The notes under the pieces: model-generated | Databases searched by the model: none | What the model was told of the DNA's origin: nothing | Seen by the model: the letters and a program-made list of their open reading frames with translations, nothing else | Origin: Oligoflexia bacterium | GTDB lineage: Bacteria; Bdellovibrionota; UBA1018 | Assembly: GCA_963758495.1 (NCBI GenBank) | Contig: CAVWVI010000003.1 | Span: 768,001-832,000, forward strand | Direction: 5' to 3' | Length of the DNA stretch: 64,000 nucleotides | Translations under genes and position numbers: made by a program | Shown: one piece after another, positions 1-10,469 of the stretch | Layout of the letters: the number at the start of each line of letters is the position of its first letter | Numbering within the stretch: position 1 is the stretch's first letter

Positions 1-112
1 CTGACGGCCTTGGTTTTTTAAAGCTGACTTTCTCATACCTCGACTCTCTTCCCATTTGATGATCTATTTTAAATAATGAATGCAATTTTCGTATCTTAAA
101 ATAGACTGAAAG

Positions 113-763
113 TTATGCAGCCTTCTTAGCTTTAACCTTCTGAGTACGCCGCCTGCTCGAAACTCTTGAGCGCTCCGATACTCGATGAGGAGTCGAAAAC
201 GAATAGACTATATAAGCTACAAACGCAGAAGGAACTCCAAATAAGGGCAACCAAATAATCGCAAATCCTAAAATATCACCTAGACCTTTTCCTGTTGCAA
301 AATCCTCCAAAGAGGTATGAATTCCAGACCAACTTGCAGCAAAAGAAAGACCTAAACAAAGTCCATAAAAAATATGTCCCACGACATGGGCAGCTGCCAC
401 AGTCAGTCCTGCATCTCGAAACTTAGCGACAGGATGATATTCAGCGACTACTACTGATAATAACAACCCCACCATCAAACCATGAACTAGACCAGTAAGA
501 GTAGAGATAATCACTGCCGTTCCTGGAGTCAACACGGGAGCCGTTGCTATCAAAATCGCATATAAAAATGCAAAAAAAAGCCCAAAACAATAATGTGTCA
601 TTAAACCGTAAAATAAAGTCATCTCGGAAGACTTAGAGAATATACTTCCTATTGCTCGCACCATGTCTGCATTCGCCCATTTCATTCGATGAACAAACGA
701 CATCACACCAATCATTGCGGTTGTTCCGATTACCCCAGCTAATGCAATTAAATAAAGACCCAT
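113..763 (-). CDS. Hypothetical multi-pass membrane protein
   Basis: 216-aa ORF with about 5 hydrophobic segments, His residues within helices and a basic C-terminal tail; purine-rich RBS-like sequence upstream. Confidence 0.7.
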   Translation of the reverse strand: MGLYLIALAGVIGTTAMIGVMSFVHRMKWANADMVRAIGSIFSKSSEMTLFYGLMTHYCFGLFFAFLYAILIATAPVLTPGTAVIISTLTGLVHGLMVGLLLSVVVAEYHPVAKFRDAGLTVAAAHVVGHIFYGLCLGLSFAASWSGIHTSLEDFATGKGLGDILGFAIIWLPLFGVPSAFVAYIVYSFSTPHRVSERSRVSSRRRTQKVKAKKAA

Positions 764-1050
764 AATAGTTACCCTTCTAAGTCTTTGTAAGAATGCGATT
801 TCGCTATAAAAGAACCTTCAAGGTTTATTATATCACTTTTATTTATATTTAACTCTTTAAATTTATATAATAATGTAGAAAAGCGATTAAGCCCCGCAAG
901 CCTTGGTAATTCCTAATAAAATCACTACACAATGTGCTGCAAATGTACTCCCTCAGATACAAGAAGTCCGTCAGCCCTAGGCAGTTGAAGTCTTCCAGAC
1001 AGGCATGCAGTGCATTCCTTATACGTCAGATGGAAGCCACTGTAACTCTA

Positions 1051-1407
1051 TTACTTCTTAGCTTCAGATGCAGGATGAGCCGATGATGCAGGGGGAGTTT
1101 GTGGCTGACCAGCAGCTCCCTTTGGAGCTGCGGATTGAGCCGAAGACTCGGCGGGTACAGCCTCAAAAAGACTTTTTCGAGACTGCCCCCCCATTAAAGT
1201 CAGAACAACAGACGTGACCATGAATAAAGCTGCGGCACCAGCTGTAAAGCGGGTAAAAAAGTTAGCTCCGCCTGAGCTTCCAAATACGGTTTGACTTGAT
1301 CCACCAAAGGAGGTGCTAATTTCAGCACCTTTCCCTGATTGAATCAAAACAACAAGTACAAGTAAAACGCAGGTAATTACATGAATCACTGTCACAAAAG
1401 TCTGCAT
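1051..1407 (-). CDS. secG: Preprotein translocase subunit SecG
   Basis: VLIQSGKGA...FGGSSQTVFGSSG..NFFTR signature, two TM helices, low-complexity tail. Confidence 0.95.
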   Translation of the reverse strand: MQTFVTVIHVITCVLLVLVVLIQSGKGAEISTSFGGSSQTVFGSSGGANFFTRFTAGAAALFMVTSVVLTLMGGQSRKSLFEAVPAESSAQSAAPKGAAGQPQTPPASSAHPASEAKK

Positions 1408-1409
1408 AT

Positions 1410-3517
1410 TTATTTATTCTCTTTTGCTTTTTTCTCTTGGTGTTTCTTAATCATTTCTTCTTGAACGTTTCTAGGTACAGGTGAGTACTTCAGGAATTCC
1501 ATCGTAAACTCTCCTTTACCCTGTGTTGCAGACCTTAAATCCGTCGAGTAGCCAAACATTTCACTCAATGGAACTTCAGTCTCAATCACAGCATAACCTT
1601 CGTTCGTTGTACTATTCACAATCACACCACGACGTTGATTAATTTGCCCCATGACGGATCCCTGGAACTCTTCAGGTGCCTGAGTCTCCAACTTCATAAT
1701 GGGCTCAAGAACTGTGGCACCTGCTTTTTCATAGGCTTCACGGAAGCCCATCAAAGCAGCTGTTTTAAATGCTTGCTCTGAAGAGTCCACATCATGACTC
1801 GCTCCATCGTTGATCACTGCACGAACTCCAACGATTGGGAAACCAATAAGACGACCTTCCTTGATTGCCTCCTGGAAACCTTTATCACAAGCAGGAATAA
1901 ATTCACGAGGAATAGATCCGCCTGTAATATCATCGACAAATTCGTAGGTTACAGCAGCATCTGCAGGAAGCGGCTCAATAAATCCAACCACTTTACCAAA
2001 CTGACCTGATCCACCGGTTTGCTTCTTATGAGTGTAATTGAAATCGCCACGCTTGGTGATGGTTTCTCGGAAAGCCACCTGTGGCTTACCTACAATCACT
2101 TCACAATTGTATTCACGCTTAATGCGTTCACAGTAAATTTCTAGATGAAGCTCACCCATTCCGCTAATGATTGTCTGACCGGATTCCTCATCCCGATGAA
2201 CACGTAAAGTAGGATCTTCCTTAGTAAACTTATTCAGAGCCTTTGAGAAATTAGCTTGGCCCGCTTTATCCTTAGGTGCAATCGCAAGTGAAATAACGGC
2301 ATTAGGAATAAACATGGAAGTCATCGTGTACTTAATTTTACCATCTGTAAAAGTATCGCCCGATGCGCAATCCACACCAAACATAGCAACAATGTCTCCA
2401 GCTTGGGCTTCTTCAACGTCGTTCATTTCATCCGCATGCATTTGAGCGAGGCGAGGCACTTTAACTTTCTTATCGTTAGAAGAATTATAGATGACGTCGC
2501 CCTTCTTCACTGTGCCTTGATAAATTCGCATATAAGTCAACTGACCATAGCGACCTTCGTCCAATTTAAATGCCAATCCAACAAATGGAGCAGTTGGATC
2601 AGAACTTAGAACTATTTTAGCTTCGCTATTGCGTTGATCGAGAGCAATATTTTCCTTTTCAGGAGGGCTTGGTAAATAATAGGTGACTGCATCCAAGAGA
2701 AGCTGAACACCTTTGTTCTTGTAAGCAGAGCCGGTCATCACTGGAGTAAAATTCAAGACTGAGTGTCGCTTTACGAATGGCGAGACGAAGCTCATCCACT
2801 GTAATGTCTTGTCCTTCTAAATACTTGTTACCCACCAACCTCATCAAACTCACCGACTGCTGCAATGAGATCTTCTCGATACTTTTTGACATTCGCTCTG
2901 CAATATCTTCTGGAATATTCTCTTCGCGAATCTTCTCACCATTGTCGCCATCAAAATAAAAGGCTCGCATCGTGACTAAATCCACGATCACCCTTAAATT
3001 GATCTTCAGCACCAATAGGGTAGGTAATCAAGTGCGCGTTATGATTTAATTTTTCTCGGAGCATTTTCACGCCACGGAAAGGATTTGCACCTGCGCGGTC
3101 CATCTTATTAACGAAACAGATACGAGGCACTTTATAGCGCTTCATCTGACGATCGACTGTAATAGACTGAGACTGTACGCCTGCTACAGAGCAAAGGACA
3201 AGGACAGCTCCATCTAACACTCGAAGAGATCGCTCTACTTCAATTGTAAAATCTACGTGGCCGGGAGTATCAATTAAGTTAACATTGTAGTCTTTCCACT
3301 CACAATAAGTGGCAGCAGACTGAATCGTGATGCCCTTTTCGCGCTCAAGATCCATAAAGTCCATCGTAGCACCTACGCCCGATTTACCCTTAACTTCCTC
3401 TATCTTATGGATTCTCTTAGTATAAAACAGAACACGTTCGGATAGCGTGGTCTTACCTGAGTCAATGTGGGCAGAAATACCGATATTACGGACCTTATCA
3501 ATCGAAATACGAGCCAT
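1410..3517 (-). pseudogene. fusA: Elongation factor G (spd/mtEFG1 type), broken into three ORFs by clustered frameshifts at about 2750-2992; possibly a sequencing artefact
   Basis: [45 protein letters not shown] and [10 protein letters not shown] motifs are colinear across ORFs 2951-3517, 2659-3015 and 1410-2795. Confidence 0.9.
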
Positions 3518-3654
3518 GACAACCTTCTCCTTAAAAACGTGTGGTGTATTCTACTCAAAAGTGATCGATTTAATCAAGTGATTTCTTTCTTTAATAAGTT
3601 TTCTTACTGCTGGATTCAACTGTTTTTTTAGCCTATCTTCATTTCTACCTTATT

Positions 3655-4203
3655 ATGAAAAAATTTTTCTGGATTGACCTTGAAATGACCGGTCTCGATG
3701 AAAACATCGATTCTATCTTAGAAGTAGCAATTGTCGTTACAAATCTCGACTTTAAACCACTAGAAGAGCTCCATAGGGTTGTCTACCAACCCCCAGAAAT
3801 ACTCAAACACATGAATGATTGGTGTAAAAAAACACATGGAGAGAGCGGACTCACCGCAGCAATTCCCCAAGGATCACCTCTCGCTACTGTAGAAACAGAA
3901 GTCTTAGCAATGATCGACCGCCACTTCAGCAGTCAGGAACGAGTTGTATTAGCCGGAAACTCAGTAGGAAATGACAAACGCTTTATAGACAAATATATGC
4001 CCTCTGTCGCCAAACGGCTTCATTACCGACTGATTGATGTCAGCTCCTTTAAGGAAATTTTTCGAGAAAAGTACAATCTAGGTTTTTCGAAGAAAAACGC
4101 CCACCGTGCTGTAGATGATATTTACGAGTCCATCCGAGAACTGAGTTTTTATTTGTCCTATTTTAAGGCCCCAGAAAGTAAAGCATTCCATGACTCTCAG
4201 TAG
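3655..4203 (+). CDS. orn: Oligoribonuclease
   Basis: WIDLEMTGLD, GNSVGND, HYRLIDVSS, HRAVDDI DEDDh motifs. Confidence 0.95.
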   Translation: MKKFFWIDLEMTGLDENIDSILEVAIVVTNLDFKPLEELHRVVYQPPEILKHMNDWCKKTHGESGLTAAIPQGSPLATVETEVLAMIDRHFSSQERVVLAGNSVGNDKRFIDKYMPSVAKRLHYRLIDVSSFKEIFREKYNLGFSKKNAHRAVDDIYESIRELSFYLSYFKAPESKAFHDSQ

Positions 4204-4615
4204 CCGCCCTAGCTTCCAAAAAATTTATCTCGATCTCGCATATACCCTCGCAGAGCGATCAACCTGCCACCGCCTCCAAGTTGGGACTGTCATTACCAGT
4301 ACTGATTTCAGAAAAGTCCTTGCAGTCGGCTATAATGGGAATGCCACGGGTCTCCATAATGGCTGTGACCGAGAAGAACCAGGGAATTGCGGTTGCCTCC
4401 ACTCAGAGGAGAACGCCGTAATCAACTGCGATGCCCCTCGTCAAATAGAAAAAATTGTTTTCGTAACCCATTTACCTTGTATTCAATGCGCAAAACGCTT
4501 GATCAACTTAGGAAGTGTCAAGAAAGTCTATTACGGACAAGACTATAGAATCAAAGATTCCATAGAGCTTTTGCGCACGGTTGGAATTCAAGTAGAACAC
4601 TTTCAAAAGCCCTAA
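4190..4615 (+). CDS. dCMP deaminase / ComEB-family zinc deaminase
   Basis: RSTC, GYNG, HSEENA (HxE) and PCIQC (PCxxC) motifs. Confidence 0.9.
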   Translation: MTLSSRPSFQKIYLDLAYTLAERSTCHRLQVGTVITSTDFRKVLAVGYNGNATGLHNGCDREEPGNCGCLHSEENAVINCDAPRQIEKIVFVTHLPCIQCAKRLINLGSVKKVYYGQDYRIKDSIELLRTVGIQVEHFQKP

Positions 4616-4628
4616 AGGAACTACTTAC
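4610..4628 (+). repeat. Dispersed 19-bp repeat CCCTAAAGGAACTACTTAC, copy A
   Basis: Exact match to copies at 13639-13657(-) and 48096-48114(+); contains the stop codon of the deaminase gene. Confidence 0.85.
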
Positions 4629-4633
4629 AAAAA

Positions 4634-7405
4634 ATGAATCGCTTATTAAGCTACCTATGCGTCTTTGAAATTTGCGGAATTTGCTTTTTAGCTGCGTGTT
4701 CAACCGCCCCTAAGGGACAGGAACCCACCTTAACACAAACACATCAATCTCGATCGACTACTCTCACCCAAGAATCGGCAATCACTCGATCTCAGCAAAT
4801 CACTGCCGTTTCCTATCGAATTTGGATGAATTTGAGCGAAAATGATTCCGACTTTCAAGGTAAGACCCTGATTCAGTTTAACTTAAAACCTAATACTCCA
4901 ACCGTTGGACCAACCCTTAAACCAACCCTTACAAAAGACATCATCGTCGATTTCGAGGGAGGGGCCATTCAGGCAGTGATGGTCAATGGAACCACTCTAA
5001 AAAATGCAACCGTTCCTGAAAGATATGACGGTCATCATTTCTTTTTCAAACTGAGCGAACTCAAACCTGAATTCAATCAAATTGAAATTTCTTATTCTCA
5101 CCCTTACACTAGGAATGGTAACGGACTCCATCACTTTAAAGATCCTGCAGATGGTCTCATTTACCTTTATTCTCATTTTGAACCCTATTCTGCACACCGT
5201 GTATTTCCCTGCTTTGATCAACCGGATTTAAAAGCCTCCTATGAACTTACTGTAGAGGCTCCCAAAAGTTGGCAAGTGATTTCCAACACATTAGAAAAAG
5301 AAGTCAATTCCAACAAAGATAAGAAAATTTGGATATTTCCACGATCCGCTCTATTTAGCACTTATTTATTTGCAATTCACGCTGGACCTTACTCCGTCTG
5401 GCAATCTCAAGCAGAAGAAATTCCGATTAGACTTTTCGCTAGAAAATCCATAGCTAAATATGTTGATTATGAAGAATGGTTAGACGTTACACGAAAAGGC
5501 TTAGCATTTTACGGACTCCAATTTGGATATCCCTATCCGTTTGCAAAGTATGATCAAGTCATTGTTCCTGATTTCAACGCAGGAGCAATGGAAAATGTGG
5601 GGGCCGTAACCTTTAATGAAAAATATGTTTTTAGAACTCGAGTTACCCAGGATGGCCATAGAGGACGTGCCGACACTATACTTCATGAAATGGCTCACAT
5701 GTGGTTTGGAGACCTGGTCACGATGCGCTGGTGGAATGGTCTATGGCTAAATGAAAGTTTTGCAACCTTTATGTCAGCCTGGGCAGTTGATCAAGCCACA
5801 CCATTTCGAGGCAGTTGGCAGGCTTTTTTTGCGAATATAAAACAATGGGCCTATTGGGAAGACCAACTCATCACAACACATCCTATTGAACTCCCCGTAC
5901 CTGACACCGAGCATGCAGCGGCTAATTTCGATGGAATTACCTATGGAAAAGGTGCATCTACTCTTAAGCAGCTCCGTTTCTCCTTGGGCGAGGATGACTT
6001 TCGTGAAGGTCTCCAGCGATACTTTCAAAAGTATGCCTATAGAAATACCAGCATCCATGATTTTATCAAGATGCTTGCTGAGGCATCCAGTACAGACCTA
6101 GCGCATTGGGAGCGGACTTGGTTTCAAACTTCTGGAGTCAACACTCTGAGAGCGGAATGGGCATGCGAAACCCCCTCCGACACCCAAAAATCAACCCTCT
6201 CTCAATTTAAATTAATCCAGGGAAACCCTCGTTTATTAGACTCAATCCAAAAATCCAGCAATGAGATCCGCCCACATCGAATTCAAGTTGGATTCTATTA
6301 CTCGTCTCATCGGAAACAGCTCCTTCTGAAAAAAACTCTAGCTATACCTTATGCAAATGACACTAATTCTGTTTCAAGTGCGATCGGAATGCCTTGTCCG
6401 GATTTTGTTTTACCCAATGAACAAGATGATGATTACGTAAAGGTTGAACTTGACCCCATCAGCCTGAAATTCATTTCTCAATATCTTTCACAACTCAAGG
6501 ATCCGTTTAATCGGCAAATGATCTGGCACATTCTATGGGAAATGGTTGTCGATGGAAAACTACGCGCTCAGGATTATGCTGATATCGTATTTCGCCAAAG
6601 CAATACGGAAAAAGATACCTTGGTGCTTTCTAAGATTTTACGCACGCTTAACAACTCATCTCTTCACTCATCTTCGGTTCTTAAATTTCTAACAGGTCAA
6701 TTGCGAGACCAATACCACAAGAAAATAGAAAGCTTTATGAAAGACCATCTTCTTTTGGCCGCAGCAGGAAGCGACCACCAGCTCGTTTGGTATCATTCTT
6801 TCTTAGATATAGCGTCTACCCCACAATACATCGCCTTTACCCGAAGACTCTTAGAAGGCAAACAGAACCTGAAAGGCTTAAAAATCGATCAAGAGCGACG
6901 ATGGGAACTGGTTCAGACCCTCGCACGCATGGGGGAAAAAAATGCAGATCAACTCATTGCACAAGAACTCAAGAACGATCAAACAGATATGGGACAAAAA
7001 TCAGCCATTGCAGCTGAAGTCCTTATTCCGGCTAAAAACTCTAAAAATAAGTGGCTTCTACAGATCACTCGTCAGACAGGAGATTTGCCCGTAGCAAAAA
7101 TGCGCGAAGCAATGGCCAATTATCAGATCTTAGGCCAAGAGGAATTTGCAAAGGATTCAATTGACTCCTACTTCGAGACTTTGCCAAAACTCGCTCTATC
7201 TACATCTATTGAAAATGAAGAGTATGCAAGATGGTTTTCCCGTTCAATGTATCCCGCACTGTGCGATGAAAGCATGATTCAGCGTACCACGACCTTGCTC
7301 AACTCATACCCTGACTTGCCTACATCTGTAGTAAAAAATCTGAAAATAAATCGCCAAGAAGATGAACGCTGCATAAAAGCAAGAAAAATCTCAAACAATT
7401 ATTAA
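4634..7405 (+). CDS. pepN: Aminopeptidase N (M1 family) with predicted lipoprotein signal
   Basis: GAMEN and HEMAHMW...NES (HExxH-x18-E) motifs; N-terminal FLAAC lipobox. Confidence 0.92.
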   Translation: MNRLLSYLCVFEICGICFLAACSTAPKGQEPTLTQTHQSRSTTLTQESAITRSQQITAVSYRIWMNLSENDSDFQGKTLIQFNLKPNTPTVGPTLKPTLTKDIIVDFEGGAIQAVMVNGTTLKNATVPERYDGHHFFFKLSELKPEFNQIEISYSHPYTRNGNGLHHFKDPADGLIYLYSHFEPYSAHRVFPCFDQPDLKASYELTVEAPKSWQVISNTLEKEVNSNKDKKIWIFPRSALFSTYLFAIHAGPYSVWQSQAEEIPIRLFARKSIAKYVDYEEWLDVTRKGLAFYGLQFGYPYPFAKYDQVIVPDFNAGAMENVGAVTFNEKYVFRTRVTQDGHRGRADTILHEMAHMWFGDLVTMRWWNGLWLNESFATFMSAWAVDQATPFRGSWQAFFANIKQWAYWEDQLITTHPIELPVPDTEHAAANFDGITYGKGASTLKQLRFSLGEDDFREGLQRYFQKYAYRNTSIHDFIKMLAEASSTDLAHWERTWFQTSGVNTLRAEWACETPSDTQKSTLSQFKLIQGNPRLLDSIQKSSNEIRPHRIQVGFYYSSHRKQLLLKKTLAIPYANDTNSVSSAIGMPCPDFVLPNEQDDDYVKVELDPISLKFISQYLSQLKDPFNRQMIWHILWEMVVDGKLRAQDYADIVFRQSNTEKDTLVLSKILRTLNNSSLHSSSVLKFLTGQLRDQYHKKIESFMKDHLLLAAAGSDHQLVWYHSFLDIASTPQYIAFTRRLLEGKQNLKGLKIDQERRWELVQTLARMGEKNADQLIAQELKNDQTDMGQKSAIAAEVLIPAKNSKNKWLLQITRQTGDLPVAKMREAMANYQILGQEEFAKDSIDSYFETLPKLALSTSIENEEYARWFSRSMYPALCDESMIQRTTTLLNSYPDLPTSVVKNLKINRQEDERCIKARKISNNY

Positions 7406-7520
7406 TATTAAATTATTTAATAAATAAATAAAGAATACAACGAGTTAAAATCGTATCTTAATATTAAAAATTGTTCTATAATTTAACAATCTAGACCATT
7501 CATGACTAGTGGGGAGATTT

Positions 7521-7880
7521 ATGATTAAACACGGCAAATACAGTGCAATTAATTATATAAAATGTGTCTACACGGTTTTTTTCGCTTTCATTTCCATCAG
7601 TCTGACTTCGAGTCAGGTAAGCGTTGCAGTTGAAGAACCTCTTCAGCAAACTCAACCCAACATGACTTCCCCCAGACGCCACTCAGATAACCAGATTCAA
7701 ACAAATATTAATAAAAACACCGCAGTAGATGACTTTTATACACATCATACAGAGACAGGCCACAAAGCTAATATGTTTGTGAATGAAAAAATGAAAAATT
7801 CAGGCACTAAAGCTAGAAAGGTACTTGGAATTCCAACCCATCAAAAGCGGGTAAATATTCATGAAATTAAGACCCCCTAA
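7521..7880 (+). CDS. Hypothetical exported protein
   Basis: GGGGAG RBS before ATG 7521; N-terminal hydrophobic stretch then a polar region. Confidence 0.55.
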   Translation: MIKHGKYSAINYIKCVYTVFFAFISISLTSSQVSVAVEEPLQQTQPNMTSPRRHSDNQIQTNINKNTAVDDFYTHHTETGHKANMFVNEKMKNSGTKARKVLGIPTHQKRVNIHEIKTP

Positions 7881-7899
7881 AAAAATCCTTAACAAATGA

Positions 7900-8670
7900 T
7901 TACGAACTCACATCCACTCTTAAAACCACTGGACAATGATCTGAACCTTTAATTTCAGGCTGATGAATCATTTGTTTTAAATGTCCTTTGAACTCTTCAT
8001 TCACAACAAAGTAGTCCAAACGCCATCCAATATTTTTCTCTCTCACTCCCGGGCGATAACTCCACCATGTATAATGGCCAGGTTCTTTCACAAAATGCCG
8101 AAAACTATCTACATAGCCTTGTTGAAGTAATTGGTCCATCCAAGCGCGCTCTTCAGGCAGAAATCCTGCATTATTCTCATTTGCTTTTGGATTCTTAAGA
8201 TCAATGTCCCGATGGGCAATATTAAAATCACCACAGATCACAACATATTTTCCTTGTCTCCTTAAGCTCTCGCAAAATTGAAACAACTTTTCACAGAAGG
8301 AAAGCTTATAGCCCAAACGAGTATGCTCTCTTTGGCTATTTGGGAAATAAGCGTTAATTAAAACAAATCCCGGATACTCCGCCACGATCACACGGCCTTC
8401 ATCATCAACTTCAGGAATCCCGATTCCTACTTGTAGCCGAAGAGGCTCTTTCTTCATGTAAAACGCAACACCACTATATCCTGGTTTTTTGGCAGAATGC
8501 CAAAAGGAATGATAATTTCCTGGATGGAGTAGACTCTCATCTAACTGCTCAGGAGTAGCCTTTGTCTCTTGCAAGCAAACAACATCTGCGTCCTGTTTCT
8601 CAAACCAATCTACAAAACCATTACGTCCGGCTGCACGGATTCCATTTACGTTCCAGGAAATGAGTTTCAT
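7900..8670 (-). CDS. xth: Exodeoxyribonuclease III
   Basis: SWNVNG, LQETK, GDFNIAH, WRLDY, SDHCP motifs. Confidence 0.95.
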   Translation of the reverse strand: MKLISWNVNGIRAAGRNGFVDWFEKQDADVVCLQETKATPEQLDESLLHPGNYHSFWHSAKKPGYSGVAFYMKKEPLRLQVGIGIPEVDDEGRVIVAEYPGFVLINAYFPNSQREHTRLGYKLSFCEKLFQFCESLRRQGKYVVICGDFNIAHRDIDLKNPKANENNAGFLPEERAWMDQLLQQGYVDSFRHFVKEPGHYTWWSYRPGVREKNIGWRLDYFVVNEEFKGHLKQMIHQPEIKGSDHCPVVLRVDVSS

Positions 8671-10469
8671 AAAAATGAATTATCACTCAATCGGTAACCT
8701 GACCAGACCCCAATTCTCCAAAATGGAGTGGGAATCTCTTTATTTATGAACTTCTCCCTCTGGGCATGGTTAATCTGACAGCGTAAAATGAGGGACTGAA
8801 TTTGCGAGGGAACTTCCAAATTACCCTCAGGATAGCGCGTGACAATAAAATCAGGGCACTGCGCAGGGAGCCAGGAAGTTTCAGGCCAGCGAGTCACGGA
8901 TAGACGTCCCGAGACCCAGGGTCCTGCTAATTCATCAGCTACAAGTTTTGAATCCGGTGAGATTTTCTGAAGTAAGGCACGCACTGGCGCGACGTCTTTT
9001 GATTCTTTCCTAAAGTCTCGTAAATCCCCGAGTGGGTTTTGATCCATTTTAAGAAATATAAAAAACACCCAGATCCAGATCAATCGATCCGATCGAATTT
9101 GACCTAACAAGATGATGGTAAGACAAGCTAAGAGGGGCCAAAGCTCCAAGACATAATGAAAGTTTTCATTCCTCAAAGGAGGATAAGTTGCCAAGGCCGC
9201 ACTCGCGAAAGAGGGTAAAAGTCCAATCATCCAAATCTTAGACGCTGGCAGGGAATCGCCCTGCTCTCTTAACTGATTATGGAACCTAGGAAAAAGCCAA
9301 AGTGGCCAGAGGGGCAAAAAAAGCCAAGGCGAAAAAACGGTCAAAAAATACTTCGCTAACTCTTTTGCCCCCACTGCTTGGATTACGACTCCAGGAGAAT
9401 GAGAAAGTGTTCTCACAAAGCCTTTTAAATCTTGCCCCAAATAAGCATAATAACGATTGAAATAATTTTTATCCACCGGATGGGCCGAATTTTCAAAGTA
9501 AATAAAAAATCCTACTAGAAATGCTGCCAATACTCCTAGAACGATCGGCTTCAACCCATGTCTCCTATTTACGGCCTGAGAGTTCACTTCATAACGAAAA
9601 AGAGTCATCGCCCAACAACATAAAAAAAGTGCCACATCCAAGAGTAAAATTTCTTTGGATGCAGCCGCTATCAAAAATAAGCCAAAAACTATCGTCTTTC
9701 TGTTAAACCCTCTGAGTAATATCGCTTCACCGCAGTCAGCGAAAAGAAGTGCAAAAGCCCATGAAAGGCTGGAAAAAGCTAAAGCATTTTCATGAAAACC
9801 CCACCTTAAATTTCCCCAGAGACTACCAAAACAAAGTACAAATACTGTAGTCGCAGCTGAAAGTTTTTTTCTAAAATCAGGTGCTACCCCAGGTACTCGA
9901 TCGGCTAAAAAAATCCAAGCGGCCCCTCCCAGAAAAAGCAAGAGGGTGTGCACGATGGGTAAATAAAACGGCGTTTTCAGTGCAAGCTGAAATCCAGGCA
10001 CGAGCAAGGCAAGACTGGGAGAGAAATGATCTTGCAAAAAATTCCCTGCCCCACTGATAGTACTATGAAATCCCAATCCGTGAGATAGGCTCCAAAGAAT
10101 CTGATGAAAAATTCCCACATCATAAAGCGTGACTCGAAGAGCTAAAGTTTGCTCAATCGCAAGAGCCACTCCAAATACCACCCCTATGAGATAAAATCCC
10201 TGCCTGAAACGACGAAAGGTCAGTAAATGGCTAAAAGAAATCGCCATACGAAAAAAACTACTCTTCTCTCTGAGCATTGGAAACGCGCCATACACAAAGA
10301 CAGCTAAAATCAGAGCGGCCCGCCTCGGATCTGCACCATGAGAAAGATAGACTTTACCACAATAAGAAATTCCCCCGTTCAAGTAGATTCCAATTAAGAA
10401 AAATACCACCAAGTCAAACAAGACTGCACAAAGACTTGTATTATTCCATCGGGGATCTGTATTAGACAT
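8667..10469 (-). CDS. DUF2079-like multi-pass membrane protein (GT-C-like)
   Basis: YDVGIFHQ, DHFSP, GFHE and KE motifs; many TM helices. Confidence 0.7.
   Translation of the reverse strand: MSNTDPRWNNTSLCAVLFDLVVFFLIGIYLNGGISYCGKVYLSHGADPRRAALILAVFVYGAFPMLREKSSFFRMAISFSHLLTFRRFRQGFYLIGVVFGVALAIEQTLALRVTLYDVGIFHQILWSLSHGLGFHSTISGAGNFLQDHFSPSLALLVPGFQLALKTPFYLPIVHTLLLFLGGAAWIFLADRVPGVAPDFRKKLSAATTVFVLCFGSLWGNLRWGFHENALAFSSLSWAFALLFADCGEAILLRGFNRKTIVFGLFLIAAASKEILLLDVALFLCCWAMTLFRYEVNSQAVNRRHGLKPIVLGVLAAFLVGFFIYFENSAHPVDKNYFNRYYAYLGQDLKGFVRTLSHSPGVVIQAVGAKELAKYFLTVFSPWLFLPLWPLWLFPRFHNQLREQGDSLPASKIWMIGLLPSFASAALATYPPLRNENFHYVLELWPLLACLTIILLGQIRSDRLIWIWVFFIFLKMDQNPLGDLRDFRKESKDVAPVRALLQKISPDSKLVADELAGPWVSGRLSVTRWPETSWLPAQCPDFIVTRYPEGNLEVPSQIQSLILRCQINHAQREKFINKEIPTPFWRIGVWSGYRLSDNSFL

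Noticed and set aside
2750..2995. Programmed frameshifting in fusA
   Set aside because: Four shifts in 240 nt with no slippery heptamers; error or decay is more parsimonious.
3655..4615. orn + dCMP deaminase as a nucleotide-depletion defence system
   Set aside because: Both are short canonical enzymes with no kinase fusion or defence-island context.
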